Part shown: positions 1 through 11,120 of the stretch, in pieces
Layout of the letters: every line of letters starts with the position of its first letter
Position numbering within the stretch: position 1 is the first letter of the stretch
Virus record (IMG/VR): IMGVR_UViG_3300033153_007973
Location: 124,001-188,000 of that record
Direction: 5' to 3' (one strand)
DNA: 64,000 nucleotides
Program-made: the position numbers and the translations under genes
Notes under the pieces: generated by a model
Told to the model about the DNA's origin: nothing
Seen by the model: the letters and a program-made list of their open reading frames with translations, nothing else
The model's database searches: none

Positions 1-2
1 TA

Positions 3-3000
3 GTAGGATACGAAGGTCAAGATATCACATATTATGAGAAGATACTAAATGGCGGTACTCCGATTTTACGAGATGATATAGAATCATCCGAGGTCACTAG
101 AGATATAAAAGTTATGTCAGGTGGTGGTTCCAATCCTGCACAAAGAGGATTGACAGTTGATAGTCTATCGCTCTCCAGACCATTCATTAAATATTATACT
201 TCTCTTCTCGCAGAGTATGTCGATCCAGATAAGTATCTTGATATACTCGAGAGAGTTCCAAGTTACTTATATCACAAACCATATGAACAACACGTAGAAT
301 TCCCATTACTACAGCCATATATCAAATCAGGCGAAGAAGGAAGAAGGAACAACATCAAAATCTTCTTCCGTAGTCTCAGATCGAGCACATTTGCAGCAAC
401 TCAAGAAGATAAACTTAGCCGTGCTGCTTTTAGAACTATTAATGATATCGTCTTAAATGGAATACGAGAGATAATCTCAGGTTTCATGCCAGGAACCAGT
501 GCAGAATATAGGCAATTTATTAATAGCGTTGCAAATGATCCAGAGACATCCAAATTATATAATCCAACAAATTGTGCAGACTGTTACTGTCCACACAATG
601 CGGATATCAAAGCATACATAGATAGGCAATTAAGTGCTAAAATCAATAAGATGGCGGAAGATCTTGGAAATACTATTCCAACAGATAGTTCGATAACAGC
701 ATCATCAACTGGCGCAGCCGATGGAATAGCAGCAAAAGAACTAATAATAAGTATAGTAAAGCAACTGAAGAAATATCCTGAACTCGTGACTGTGCATCAA
801 CCACCAACAGAAGCTTCATATAATAGAATCGTTCGTGCTGTGCATAAACAAGGAACGATTAATCCAAATGACGGAGCAGTTGACCAAAGAAATCCAAGCC
901 GCAGCCCTAGATTTCAGAGCTATTTGTACATAGGTACATATATAGCTGGTCTTCTTTACCTTCTCATGTGGAGAATGAAAAGATTTGCAGAACAGGATAG
1001 AGATAAGAATATAGTAAATGATGATGTTAGACGAAAAATAAGCATCACAATGAAATTAATAGATACTATTTTGAACAATTCAAGTTCAACTCAAGATAGG
1101 TTGACGCAGGAAATTCGTGGGATATTCAGTGGTATTGTAACAGATTATAAGAAAGATCAGAGTGCAAAAGAGAAGAGCAAATTCCAAAACTTAAATGTTG
1201 ATATAGAAACAACACAAGCAGAAAACAGTGTGTTAGAACTATCAAATCTATTTAATCATTATGGAAGAGCAATTGTAAAGTTAAAGACCATGCCAACATT
1301 CATAATTAAACGCAATGTTGATGGTAATATTATAAATCAAAGACAAGTACTAACTGATAGAGCAATATTAGATAGTGTACCAGAAGGCGATGTCTATCAC
1401 ACTATTATTACAAGTGATATTTTTGAAACACCAAATTTCAGGATATCAAGTGAAGTATCTATTTTGAAGGATGCACTGCTAAGTAGTGTTCTCACCTTAT
1501 TTGATAGTTTCATACCGGATCTCTTCTTTTGGAAAGAAATTAATATCGAGAATTCCAAAGACAGAGAGACTAATGTGACTACGATTACGAACTTCAAAAT
1601 AGCACAAGAGAATAATATTGTACCAGTATATATGGAGGGACATGAATATCCATTCCCACAGTGTCTTGGAGGAAGTTCGACCCAACTAACTATTGACTTC
1701 ATCACAGATGATATGTTCTTGGTAGAAAACATTGCAGAAGCAGCAACTGAACTCAATATCATGATGAAGAAATATAACCTGATCAAGAATGTCAATCCAC
1801 TTCGAAGACCAGCTGGTACTGAAGAATCCAGTTCCAGACATAAACAACTTAATAATCTACTTACTAGAGATCGACACAGAAGACACCTCGTAAATAAGCT
1901 CAATACTGCTATCAATGGTAAAGAACCTCAAATTAGCAAGAGCGGTCTTGATACTCCAATGCTTATCCAGAACAATATCGCAAATATGGTAGGTCTATAT
2001 GGATGTGTTATCACTGATATTGAGATACAGAGTCTTCCAGAGAAGTTTAATACATTCTCAATACGATTAGCAATGCGTGGTGTTGACATTCATCAGTCAG
2101 ACAGAGAGACACCTCGCCGCGTGTCTCAAGAATATGACCGAGCATTACTCTTGAGAGATGCATGTACCGTTCCATCATATGTAATACAAATAGGTGAAAA
2201 AGAACTCAAAACTAGAGGGATTCAAGATATCATTATGAATATCTCATCTCGTGGTGAAAAGATCGCAGCGAAGCTCGCTATTGTCGCACTTATAGCAAAT
2301 CTAGAAGAAGCATATAACACAATGGAACAACAAGCGATAGCGAATGGACATGATGCCACAGATACACATATGTACGATAAGACACTAGACATCATGTTTA
2401 GTTATGTAGCTAAGGAGCTCACTGTCCCCATACTCCAAACATACATAGAAAATCCAACGAGAACTACAGCCGAAGCACAGATTCAGTCTCTTCTCAGAAA
2501 TCTTCTAAGAAGAGCAGAGAATGTACTAATCAATGTTGGAGGATCCTTAATAACTGGAGGAGTAACATCAGAAAAGCGATCAAATTGGACACAAGCAACA
2601 GCCGAACCAGCAAGACTAAAGGCTTTCTGGACGTCTCTTCATGCAAATAAATATGCAAAGTTTTGGTCACATGCACTTGGTAGATCAGATAGAGATATAG
2701 ATGATGATGCTCAGGAAAAAGAACTACATAGTACTTTCCTTTCAACCATATTGATATATCTCACAATGCTCTCTGGAGATAGCGACGAAGATTATTACAC
2801 AAAATACACAAACGATGCTAAAAGTCTTGGTGATCTATTTAAGGATAAAGCAGTCCTTCATAACTTAATGGCACAGATTCGGGATAATCTTATTCCTGAT
2901 GTTGGAACATGGATTCCAACAGTATCTGCTGTCCTGAACTTTTATCAGCTTCCGTTTCTTATGTCGCCATATTATTATGCACAAGAGGACATACACATAA

Positions 3001-6000
3001 GACGCACAAGAGGACAAAGACGTATCCCATCACCAAAAGAAATAACGGATAGTAATAATGAGGACGCCATAAAAGCATACAACCACTTTGGTATACATAG
3101 TACTAATGACTATATAAAAAGAACAAAAAGATTTCAGAGATATCTACGAAGTTCAAGTAATCGCCCAACAATTGGCGATAGAATTGAATTGGCCCGCGGA
3201 TTCAATAATATTATCACTGATAACTATTTCAAAAGCGTTAGGACTAGACAAACCACATGGAAAGAGTATGGTAAGTTCAAGGATCTACTGACACCATTCA
3301 AAAAGCTAATACAAGATCCTAGATATGGATTAGCTGGTGCGATCGCAGGAACCAATACATATAAGAACTCACATGTCTTTGAGCCTGATAAAAGTAAGGT
3401 TACGATAGATAGAATTACGAATGGAATTACGTATGCTAAAAAATATACATATACAGATATGTTCTCTATTCCATCTGAAACATTTAATAGTTCAGACTTT
3501 GATAAACTTGCAAGATGGAGCACAAATGAACAAAGTATTGCTGGCATGCTTGGATTGACTGCACTCCCTACCGGTATTCTTGCAGCTGTTGGTGCATCTT
3601 TACTAGTAGGTTCAGGGCTATGGTTACCTGGAGCAATAGTTGGTGGAATACTTGGATTGGGTCTTGGTGTTGTATCATCCGTCATAGGAGCAGTCCAACA
3701 ATATCTCACCGATATTCTTGGTGCAGAAAGTCAGATTCCATATGATATTCTGATGATGATCAAGTTTGCTGATATACTTCATAACTCAATGGTCAGTCCG
3801 TTCTTGGGATTGAGACAAAGAGACGAGAAAGATGATCGTATACATTTAACTGAGAGTCCTAATATTACGACATTTCAAGCTAGTATCTCGGACAGAATAA
3901 TATTCGAAGATATCGTTCACTTGTTATCACCATCAACGCTAGCATTTTATGATTATCTGTATCTCAGTTCTGATGGAAGAGGAACCCAGTACTATGATAC
4001 ATATAATGCATATGGAGACAGACCACTCCCTATACTTGTCACAGGAAGACAAAAGAACACACCACTACCATGGTTAGGATTATTTACTACACCTGATTTC
4101 TTTGTCTACAAAGATCCAAAGTCTGTCGATAAAGTATATGACTTTATGAGTGATCTCGTTAATGAATCATTACAAGCTGCACAACTAACTCAAGATGCAA
4201 TTAGTAGTGCAGATGATCCAGGGACTGGTCTAGCAGCTCAACGTTTAAAGCCCGGAGAGACACAATATAGACACAAGCTTCTTGAATTAAGAGATGGTCT
4301 AGATGACCAACTCACGAAAGACACTTTTGCTGGAGATCTGGAAAGAACAAGAATCGCCAGGCAGATGGCGATTGAAATGCTTATCGGAACTGATACAAGG
4401 AAAAGAAGAGCATTTATAACAGGAAATGACGTAACTAAAGGAGGACGGGATATTAAGTACGTGAAGCTCGTGAAAGATATAGATTTAAGGACAGATCTTA
4501 TCTATGAAGCAATGCAAGCTGGTGGAAATAATCTGGATCCGTCAAATTCTCTAGAGAAGAAAGGTAATAAATGGAAATCTAAAAAGTTCAACATTAAGAA
4601 ATCATCAACATCGAATACATTATTCACACTTACTGACTCACTAAAAGATTATCCACACCTCACGAATCCGCAACCCGGAGGCAATTATCGATCATCTACT
4701 AACGTTATAAAAGACTTTATGACGCTCAGAAACAGAGTTGATAGACAACTATCAACTAAAAGGCTTAGAGATAGAGTTGATAAAATGACAAGAAAGAGCT
4801 TCCTGAGTAGAGCAGATAAACTGATGATTGATAAGATCTTTAATCCGTCTTCTGGTGCATACGGTGCAGAATCATTTTTAGTAATGCGAAAGAGAATGTT
4901 CAAAGCTAGAGCAGATAGCATTAGATCTAGAATGCCGAATAGCTTTGGATTATCAATGCCAACATTCAAACTATATATCATTGAAGAAGATGGAAAAGAA
5001 CTTCTGTTTGCGAATGATTTCTATTCTTATGGTGCAGTCATTGATATCAGTATGAACTCAAGTCGCAAAAGAGCATCCAGTGTTGCTGTGATCAAGGTTT
5101 CAAATCTCTATGGTAAACTGTCTAATGTAGCAGGAGAAAGACTTCAGGTTGAAAATCCATTTGCAGCATATCCATCAGACGAAGAGAACTTCACAGCCCT
5201 AATGCTAAGACCAGGCGCCATGATACAAATCAGAATGGGATACAATGCACACCTTGGACCAGAGTCTATTGTATTCTCAGGAGAGATAGCAGAAATTCAA
5301 GGGTCAGATATATTAACTATAACAGCACAAAGTTGGGGTTCACAATTAACTAGACCAATAGGAACGGGAGCGGGCGAAGACTTCGGATCGCTTTTGAATC
5401 TTACTTCATTGGGTAGCAGGACACATACAGACTTAGGACTTGTTTCGAATATCCTGGATCAGAACAAAGAGATGAAACATCTGGGGGGCGCTTCTCCATT
5501 CTTGGGATCTCTATATGGGAATAGAGTAGAAGCATTTCAATATCAGAATATTATCAATAGGAGATTCAAGACGATGTTAGCTGAGTCAGCAGGAAATGCA
5601 CTTGGCATGAACATGTCCATAATTGATAGCAGACTTGCGAACATAAATCTTACTGATGACCAAACTGTATTCTTTTCTCCAAGAAGATGGCTAATATATA
5701 ATGAAACATCATGGGACGCTCTCCAAGATTTCACTCTCCAGAAGCCCGGATACCATTTCATGACCAGACCTTTTGATGAAGATGAGACTATGGTTATGGA
5801 TACAGATGATGGCGTATATCAATATACGCTTGAAAATGCTGTCTCGACAATGAGATATTATCCATATATCAAACTATTACAAGAATCAGCTAGAAGAGAA
5901 GATAAAGCATACAAGATGGTAAAAGAGTTACTAGAAAAAGAATGGAAAGAACAAAGTAATGTCATTGATGAAACAGATGCAACACGACCAGTGCATAAAA

Positions 6001-7871
6001 TGGTAAAGCATTTTATCTCACAATCATTGATGGATATCGGAGTCATTAATTATGGCCAACGCGCTGAGTTCATTGTAGAAGGTATCCGTACTCGTAATTT
6101 ATATTACAAGGACATCCATGAAATTGGACGAATGAGTATTGAAGAAGCAAGTGCCCTTTCGAATCAACAATCTCTCGGTATTGAGAATCTCCATATAGAT
6201 CAGAGTACTAAAGACACATTGGGTAAGCATTCTGAAAAGAATGCGAAACTTGAAAAAGAAGCGTGGGTTCTTAGCAGATCTCTTCCTATGGTATGCCTTA
6301 TGATGTCTTGGCAATTAGCTGCTGCTTGTCCTGGATTCACGTCAGTTTCAAAGTCACACATGAAGACAACAGCAAAGGACATCATTAAAAATGACATACG
6401 TCTCGAGTCGGGCTTCAATCGTGTTGATCTATCATTCCTCTTTGAGACAGCACTTGGATGGATTGCACGAGCCACCATTGTCACAGGTGACTTAGGAACA
6501 ACAATCTTTGGGTCAACATTTGGTAATATTTCTTTAGGAAATATTGATAAGCCAAATCAGCGCAAGAATATAACTGTATCAGCATCACCAACACTGGAAG
6601 CTTCTGCTGTGAAAACATATGCGACATTCCAGAAGAATGCCATGATCAGAAACATGTTCTGGTTTGATTCATTTGAGTACATCATTGGGAACTCAATTCT
6701 TGCGAACCTGATCAAAGACTATTACGGAGGAGAACTCATACTCACTCTTGATCCAGGTATCAGGCCTCATGATACTATTCTAATCTATGATAATGTTAAT
6801 GACATGTGGGGACTAATTGGTGTTAAGGAAGTAACACATAGAATCTCAAAAGAAACTGGAGCAGTGACGATTGTGGTTCCTGATGTACATACCACAGTGC
6901 GCAGAGATTTCGGAAAGAAGCTCTTCAGTGGATCAACATCAGCAATGCGTGCTGTAGCATGGATTGGTGAGGGTGCACTGCAAGTTGGTCTAGCCGTCTT
7001 TGGTGGAAAGATTCTCAGCAAAGTAGGAGGTTTCTTAGCGAGAGGAATCGCTAAGAAACTCTTTGCAGCAATGGGTACCAAAGCATTAACAGGATTCAAA
7101 GGTGTTAGTCCTGCGCTGCTACAGAAAGCAACAGGCTGGATTTTAAAGGCAAAATCACCAGGCAATGCAATTTCAATTATTGATGACATTGCAAATTCTC
7201 TAATAAAAGGAACCTCAAAGAAAACGACATCCGCGGCAGCCCAAGAGATAGCCACCCTAGCTAATCGTCTCTTTAGTATAACCAAAAATGGGAAGAGTGT
7301 CACACAGATGGCAAATGCTTTCGGTAAGATCATAAACACACCAAGTGCAGCCAATGCTAAGATAAACGTATTAGAAGCTGCGCTTACTACGCTTCAAGGT
7401 ACTTTCAGTTTAGATCTCTCTATTGGCGGCGCCACTGTGATCAATCAAAATCTCATGGGTAATCTCACTAATGTTACAGGAGGAATCATAGACGGCATGC
7501 GTGGTCAAAGTGCTATAAATGCAGGATTTGGACTCTTCCTATCGGTTCCAATAGCAATGATGAAATTTGGAATCATGAACAAAGTAGGATCTCTGGTATT
7601 TGGAGATACAAAGTGGATGCAAGGAGCTTGGACATCCCTGGGTGAGTTCTATTTCAACCAGAATCCAATTACCATATCGGGCTTAGTCCATAAGGGAGAA
7701 CCATTTATCGGAAATCTGGAAGGTATGCAAAAGAAGGACTTCAAGGGTATACCAGAGCTGCTAGCACACAAATTCTACAAGATGTTCCAACCTATAGGTG
7801 AGATTATAGGTGGGACACAAGATCTTATAGCAGAAACTGGTAAGTTATTTAGGAACATCAGAGGCAACTAA
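3..7871 (+). CDS. Giant virion structural protein, baseplate hub-like (gp27/late control D-like) with membrane-like segments; 5'-truncated by the window
   Basis: The frame is open from nt 3 (GTA GGA TAC GAA...) through the ATG at 114, so the gene starts upstream of the window. Hub-like motifs: PTFKLYIIEED...DFYSY...SRK..SSVAVIKVSN, LRPGAMIQIRMGY...VFSGEI, and LDPGIRPHDTILIYD...GVKEVTHRISKETGAVTIVVP. It lies directly before the spike, gp25-like and J-like genes. Confidence 0.65.
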   Translation, partial: VGYEGQDITYYEKILNGGTPILRDDIESSEVTRDIKVMSGGGSNPAQRGLTVDSLSLSRPFIKYYTSLLAEYVDPDKYLDILERVPSYLYHKPYEQHVEFPLLQPYIKSGEEGRRNNIKIFFRSLRSSTFAATQEDKLSRAAFRTINDIVLNGIREIISGFMPGTSAEYRQFINSVANDPETSKLYNPTNCADCYCPHNADIKAYIDRQLSAKINKMAEDLGNTIPTDSSITASSTGAADGIAAKELIISIVKQLKKYPELVTVHQPPTEASYNRIVRAVHKQGTINPNDGAVDQRNPSRSPRFQSYLYIGTYIAGLLYLLMWRMKRFAEQDRDKNIVNDDVRRKISITMKLIDTILNNSSSTQDRLTQEIRGIFSGIVTDYKKDQSAKEKSKFQNLNVDIETTQAENSVLELSNLFNHYGRAIVKLKTMPTFIIKRNVDGNIINQRQVLTDRAILDSVPEGDVYHTIITSDIFETPNFRISSEVSILKDALLSSVLTLFDSFIPDLFFWKEINIENSKDRETNVTTITNFKIAQENNIVPVYMEGHEYPFPQCLGGSSTQLTIDFITDDMFLVENIAEAATELNIMMKKYNLIKNVNPLRRPAGTEESSSRHKQLNNLLTRDRHRRHLVNKLNTAINGKEPQISKSGLDTPMLIQNNIANMVGLYGCVITDIEIQSLPEKFNTFSIRLAMRGVDIHQSDRETPRRVSQEYDRALLLRDACTVPSYVIQIGEKELKTRGIQDIIMNISSRGEKIAAKLAIVALIANLEEAYNTMEQQAIANGHDATDTHMYDKTLDIMFSYVAKELTVPILQTYIENPTRTTAEAQIQSLLRNLLRRAENVLINVGGSLITGGVTSEKRSNWTQATAEPARLKAFWTSLHANKYAKFWSHALGRSDRDIDDDAQEKELHSTFLSTILIYLTMLSGDSDEDYYTKYTNDAKSLGDLFKDKAVLHNLMAQIRDNLIPDVGTWIPTVSAVLNFYQLPFLMSPYYYAQEDIHIRRTRGQRRIPSPKEITDSNNEDAIKAYNHFGIHSTNDYIKRTKRFQRYLRSSSNRPTIGDRIELARGFNNIITDNYFKSVRTRQTTWKEYGKFKDLLTPFKKLIQDPRYGLAGAIAGTNTYKNSHVFEPDKSKVTIDRITNGITYAKKYTYTDMFSIPSETFNSSDFDKLARWSTNEQSIAGMLGLTALPTGILAAVGASLLVGSGLWLPGAIVGGILGLGLGVVSSVIGAVQQYLTDILGAESQIPYDILMMIKFADILHNSMVSPFLGLRQRDEKDDRIHLTESPNITTFQASISDRIIFEDIVHLLSPSTLAFYDYLYLSSDGRGTQYYDTYNAYGDRPLPILVTGRQKNTPLPWLGLFTTPDFFVYKDPKSVDKVYDFMSDLVNESLQAAQLTQDAISSADDPGTGLAAQRLKPGETQYRHKLLELRDGLDDQLTKDTFAGDLERTRIARQMAIEMLIGTDTRKRRAFITGNDVTKGGRDIKYVKLVKDIDLRTDLIYEAMQAGGNNLDPSNSLEKKGNKWKSKKFNIKKSSTSNTLFTLTDSLKDYPHLTNPQPGGNYRSSTNVIKDFMTLRNRVDRQLSTKRLRDRVDKMTRKSFLSRADKLMIDKIFNPSSGAYGAESFLVMRKRMFKARADSIRSRMPNSFGLSMPTFKLYIIEEDGKELLFANDFYSYGAVIDISMNSSRKRASSVAVIKVSNLYGKLSNVAGERLQVENPFAAYPSDEENFTALMLRPGAMIQIRMGYNAHLGPESIVFSGEIAEIQGSDILTITAQSWGSQLTRPIGTGAGEDFGSLLNLTSLGSRTHTDLGLVSNILDQNKEMKHLGGASPFLGSLYGNRVEAFQYQNIINRRFKTMLAESAGNALGMNMSIIDSRLANINLTDDQTVFFSPRRWLIYNETSWDALQDFTLQKPGYHFMTRPFDEDETMVMDTDDGVYQYTLENAVSTMRYYPYIKLLQESARREDKAYKMVKELLEKEWKEQSNVIDETDATRPVHKMVKHFISQSLMDIGVINYGQRAEFIVEGIRTRNLYYKDIHEIGRMSIEEASALSNQQSLGIENLHIDQSTKDTLGKHSEKNAKLEKEAWVLSRSLPMVCLMMSWQLAAACPGFTSVSKSHMKTTAKDIIKNDIRLESGFNRVDLSFLFETALGWIARATIVTGDLGTTIFGSTFGNISLGNIDKPNQRKNITVSASPTLEASAVKTYATFQKNAMIRNMFWFDSFEYIIGNSILANLIKDYYGGELILTLDPGIRPHDTILIYDNVNDMWGLIGVKEVTHRISKETGAVTIVVPDVHTTVRRDFGKKLFSGSTSAMRAVAWIGEGALQVGLAVFGGKILSKVGGFLARGIAKKLFAAMGTKALTGFKGVSPALLQKATGWILKAKSPGNAISIIDDIANSLIKGTSKKTTSAAAQEIATLANRLFSITKNGKSVTQMANAFGKIINTPSAANAKINVLEAALTTLQGTFSLDLSIGGATVINQNLMGNLTNVTGGIIDGMRGQSAINAGFGLFLSVPIAMMKFGIMNKVGSLVFGDTKWMQGAWTSLGEFYFNQNPITISGLVHKGEPFIGNLEGMQKKDFKGIPELLAHKFYKMFQPIGEIIGGTQDLIAETGKLFRNIRGN

Positions 7872-7889
7872 TCGTTGATATCTCGACGG

Positions 7890-7918
7890 TTGACAATGTC
7901 CAATTTGGCGGTTATAAT
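7890..7918 (+). promoter_or_regulatory. sigma70-type promoter
   Basis: TTGACA (7890-7895), 17-nt spacer, TATAAT (7913-7918), a perfect consensus in an intergenic gap. GGAGG RBS at 7937-7941 precedes GTG 7947. Confidence 0.85.
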
Positions 7919-7946
7919 GAGAAATCTGGATCTAACGGAGGAATAG

Positions 7947-8930
7947 GTGGCAGACAGATTCGAAAATAAGAACACTGCAGAGCTGAAATCCGATCAAGAG
8001 ATGGGCAGGTCACAAACTGGTACCGGTGGTCCGTCTATTCTCATCGGGGAAATCTGGCTCACTGGAAATGTGCCTCCTCCTGAAGTTGGTCCTCCATATA
8101 TAAGCCAAGGACAACAATGTGGTCACCATCCAGATTCTGGACAAGGCACAGTTGACCTTCTTATCGACAGCACAGCATTTTATGATGTTCCATATAATAA
8201 CACATCGAAAGCAGACAAAGGAAACACGTTCGCCGCGGGCACTAAATTTCATGTACTCTTTCCGCCAACTGCAGGAGGCGAGGAGACTATTCAACCTTCT
8301 TCTGATTTTAATGCAAGGCTACAGGCAACTGTTCTACCAAATCCAACGACTGATAATGTGGAAATGGAACCATCTCTTCCTGGATCATTTGGATCTGACT
8401 TCAAGAAGGTATTCAGCTTTGACTCGAACCAATCATTCGTAGAGAACATTGCTAATATACAGATGAATTGCCCAGCTGTTCCGCGCAATCTGAAAGAGGC
8501 AATAAATAAACTGAAACGAAGAGCAGCTGATAAGAATATTACACTTCCAAATGCTTTCAACATTAGAGAGAAGAGATTTGATGAATCAGGAAGATCACCC
8601 AGTATCAAATCAGCGAATCCACGAATAGAAGTACATGGCGGACCAAACGCCGCAGTAAAGCTCACTTCAGAAGGCGGTACCGGTGTTGTTGTTGATCATG
8701 GTGATGTGATTATGTCTGGACGAATTAATATGAACACAAGTTCTCCCGTTAGAAAGATGCAGGGACTAGGAGTCGAAGTGGCACCTATGGATAATCCCCC
8801 AATACAGGGACCAATACTAGCTCCTCATCCAAAGTTTCTACCTTCATTAGATTGGATTCTAGCCATTGTTCCTTTAGCGCTAGGTGTAGAATTGGCAATA
8901 GATCTTGTAAATGAATGGAGAAAAGTATAG
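7947..8930 (+). CDS. Putative baseplate spike/gpV-like protein
   Basis: Lies between the hub and the gp25-like gene. C-terminal short beta-strand repeats (IEVHGGPNAAVKLTSEGGTGVVVDHGDVIMSGRINMN). Strong RBS. Confidence 0.45.
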   Translation: MADRFENKNTAELKSDQEMGRSQTGTGGPSILIGEIWLTGNVPPPEVGPPYISQGQQCGHHPDSGQGTVDLLIDSTAFYDVPYNNTSKADKGNTFAAGTKFHVLFPPTAGGEETIQPSSDFNARLQATVLPNPTTDNVEMEPSLPGSFGSDFKKVFSFDSNQSFVENIANIQMNCPAVPRNLKEAINKLKRRAADKNITLPNAFNIREKRFDESGRSPSIKSANPRIEVHGGPNAAVKLTSEGGTGVVVDHGDVIMSGRINMNTSSPVRKMQGLGVEVAPMDNPPIQGPILAPHPKFLPSLDWILAIVPLALGVELAIDLVNEWRKV

Positions 8931-9962
8931 ATGGTACTTGCTGATATTCTTCTTTCTGATACTGGAGATATTGCATTCAATGGAGATCTCATAATCGTTG
9001 AAGGACTAAATCTAGTATACCAAAATATGCTACGATTTCTTCGTTCAGAAGCAGAAGACGTTCCAACTGATCCATCAATGGCATTTGGTATACGAGATTA
9101 TCTTGGCTTACCAAATACAAAGGCATCTGCAGAGATTATTAGAAGCGACTTTCTCGATAAGATCTCATTTCTAGATGCATTCAGTGAACATATTATTGAT
9201 GTTGATGTCTATCCGACTGATATCAAAGATCTAAAGATGGAAATAACCATAGAAGAACAAGACAATAAAGGAGAGTCTCTCGTTATCGCTGGAAATATTC
9301 TGATGAATAATGGATTTATACAGAATATTCCAGATAAGTTCAATTCAGATATATATGACACATCCAGTACAGTAACAATAATCGAGACAGTGACAATCAC
9401 TGAGAGAGACAATAAGATCAGAGTTAAATACAATCCAGATATCTCATCAGTTCTCGTATTTAATTCAACAGATGCTGTCACTGTTAATGAAGAAGATATT
9501 GTTACAAATCTACAAACTATCTCTGGTACGATTGTGATGGCACAGGAAGGAATAGACTATCCTTCTGGTACACTGGTTCCACAAGAGTTTCTATCGATAT
9601 CACTCGATGATGAGATTCCCATCTTAAAGGATGAGAAGATTATCCTATCATCATTTAGTGTGAGCGGAGTCACACTAACTAAAACAGGACTAGACCCATC
9701 ACCATATGAATATATTGAAGATAGCATAGATGGATTTGATCTTACATTTGGAGATACACACGAAGCATTAGGATATGTTATTGACTATGAAGATATTATC
9801 ATTAGAGCAACTGGTATCGTAGAAACCGAAAGAGAATTACCACCTCCTGAATATCTTGCTTTCTCTTTTGCTACCGAAAATGTAGTACATGATATTATAC
9901 TGGAAAGATATCTTAATCCAGGAACATATATTATACAATATAGAACAAGCCCATTATTATAG
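8931..9962 (+). CDS. Baseplate wedge/sheath initiator, gp25-like N-terminal domain with C-terminal extension
   Basis: N-terminus DILLSDTGDIAFNGDLIIVEG..LVYQNMLRFLRSE...DPSMAFGIRDYLG matches the gp25/DUF2634 pattern. Directly precedes the baseplate J-like gene. Confidence 0.7.
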   Translation: MVLADILLSDTGDIAFNGDLIIVEGLNLVYQNMLRFLRSEAEDVPTDPSMAFGIRDYLGLPNTKASAEIIRSDFLDKISFLDAFSEHIIDVDVYPTDIKDLKMEITIEEQDNKGESLVIAGNILMNNGFIQNIPDKFNSDIYDTSSTVTIIETVTITERDNKIRVKYNPDISSVLVFNSTDAVTVNEEDIVTNLQTISGTIVMAQEGIDYPSGTLVPQEFLSISLDDEIPILKDEKIILSSFSVSGVTLTKTGLDPSPYEYIEDSIDGFDLTFGDTHEALGYVIDYEDIIIRATGIVETERELPPPEYLAFSFATENVVHDIILERYLNPGTYIIQYRTSPLL

Positions 9963-9971
9963 GAGTAGGTC

Positions 9972-11111
9972 ATGGCTTTCAGTTTTCTCTCAGCGGAAGA
10001 TGTCACAGAAAGAATTATAGGGGAATGGCAAGCCTCAGGTATTATCAATACTGAGGATGCATCTGTATTAAGTCTCATAATGTACCCATTCCAGATAAGA
10101 ATCACAGATCTCTATGCAACTCTATTTGATATACATCAGTCACATAGAATATCTAGTGCATTTGGAATAGATCTAGATGAGATAGCCAGAGGGTTCGGTG
10201 TGATAAGAAAGACCAGTATACCAGCAGCGGACTATACATATGGCAACTTTAGATTCTATCTTCCAAATGAAATCACAGCAAAAGATTATACAATTGATAG
10301 AACAGGATTCGAAATTCCAGCTGGACAGAATGTCTCGGATGGTGTTACTAATTTCATTACATTAGATGCTGCGGTTTTCGATGCTGATTCCCATTCCGCA
10401 TTTGTAAGAATACAAGGAACAGACGCATCTGCACTTTATATTCCAGAGAATGCAATAACTGAACATCAAGTAACACCAGTAATTATATCTGAGATGGATC
10501 CCAACATAGAAGTAACAATATTATGCACAAATAACCAGCCCATAGAACTGGAATCCACTCTGGAGGATGATAACTCTCTACGAGATCGATTATATGACAG
10601 AGTAAACTCGAATGGCACAAATGATAGTGCGATCACATTCGCTCTGAAGACTTTAGGTATTCTAGATGCAGAATATGTAACAGATGCATTCGGGGTAGGA
10701 ACACTCGGTGTTAGATTAGTGACAGGAGAACCAATCATCTCTGACACCACTCTCGATGCCGCAGATGGTGTTATCAGATCTATTACTCCATATGCAAGAG
10801 TGATTCGATCAGAATATCTGGTAATAAAGATACAGTTACAATTGGATGTTGATGATGAAAGCATCATTGAAAGCACAAAGTCAGATGTTATGATTGTGAT
10901 CAAGGATTATATAGATGCGATCCCTTCCGGATCCCAACTAAATATAACAACACTTGATGAAACAATCGATAATGTTCCCAATGTAACTAGACATAATACT
11001 AGATGTCTCTTCCTTAACGAGAGACGATGTGTGTTATCTTCACAACGTTCTGCTTCTGACCAGAAGTTCATTATATCAAGAGAAGACGATGCTGTTATGT
11101 TCGTCTCATAA
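9972..11111 (+). CDS. Baseplate J-like wedge protein
   Basis: ISSAFGIDLDEIARGFGVIRK, EIPAGQNVSDG..F.T and EDDNSLRDRL motifs; 379 aa; AGGAG RBS. Confidence 0.85.
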   Translation: MAFSFLSAEDVTERIIGEWQASGIINTEDASVLSLIMYPFQIRITDLYATLFDIHQSHRISSAFGIDLDEIARGFGVIRKTSIPAADYTYGNFRFYLPNEITAKDYTIDRTGFEIPAGQNVSDGVTNFITLDAAVFDADSHSAFVRIQGTDASALYIPENAITEHQVTPVIISEMDPNIEVTILCTNNQPIELESTLEDDNSLRDRLYDRVNSNGTNDSAITFALKTLGILDAEYVTDAFGVGTLGVRLVTGEPIISDTTLDAADGVIRSITPYARVIRSEYLVIKIQLQLDVDDESIIESTKSDVMIVIKDYIDAIPSGSQLNITTLDETIDNVPNVTRHNTRCLFLNERRCVLSSQRSASDQKFIISREDDAVMFVS

Positions 11112-11120
11112 GGATAACGT

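Noticed and set aside
7947-11111. Amber (TAG) recoding: 7947, 8931 and 9972 are in frame and separated only by TAG codons; also 53650/53651
   Set aside because: Other TAG stops (18013, 24895, 25605, 30218) are followed by out-of-frame genes, long ORFs have no internal TAGs, and the downstream genes have their own RBS or recognisable N-termini.
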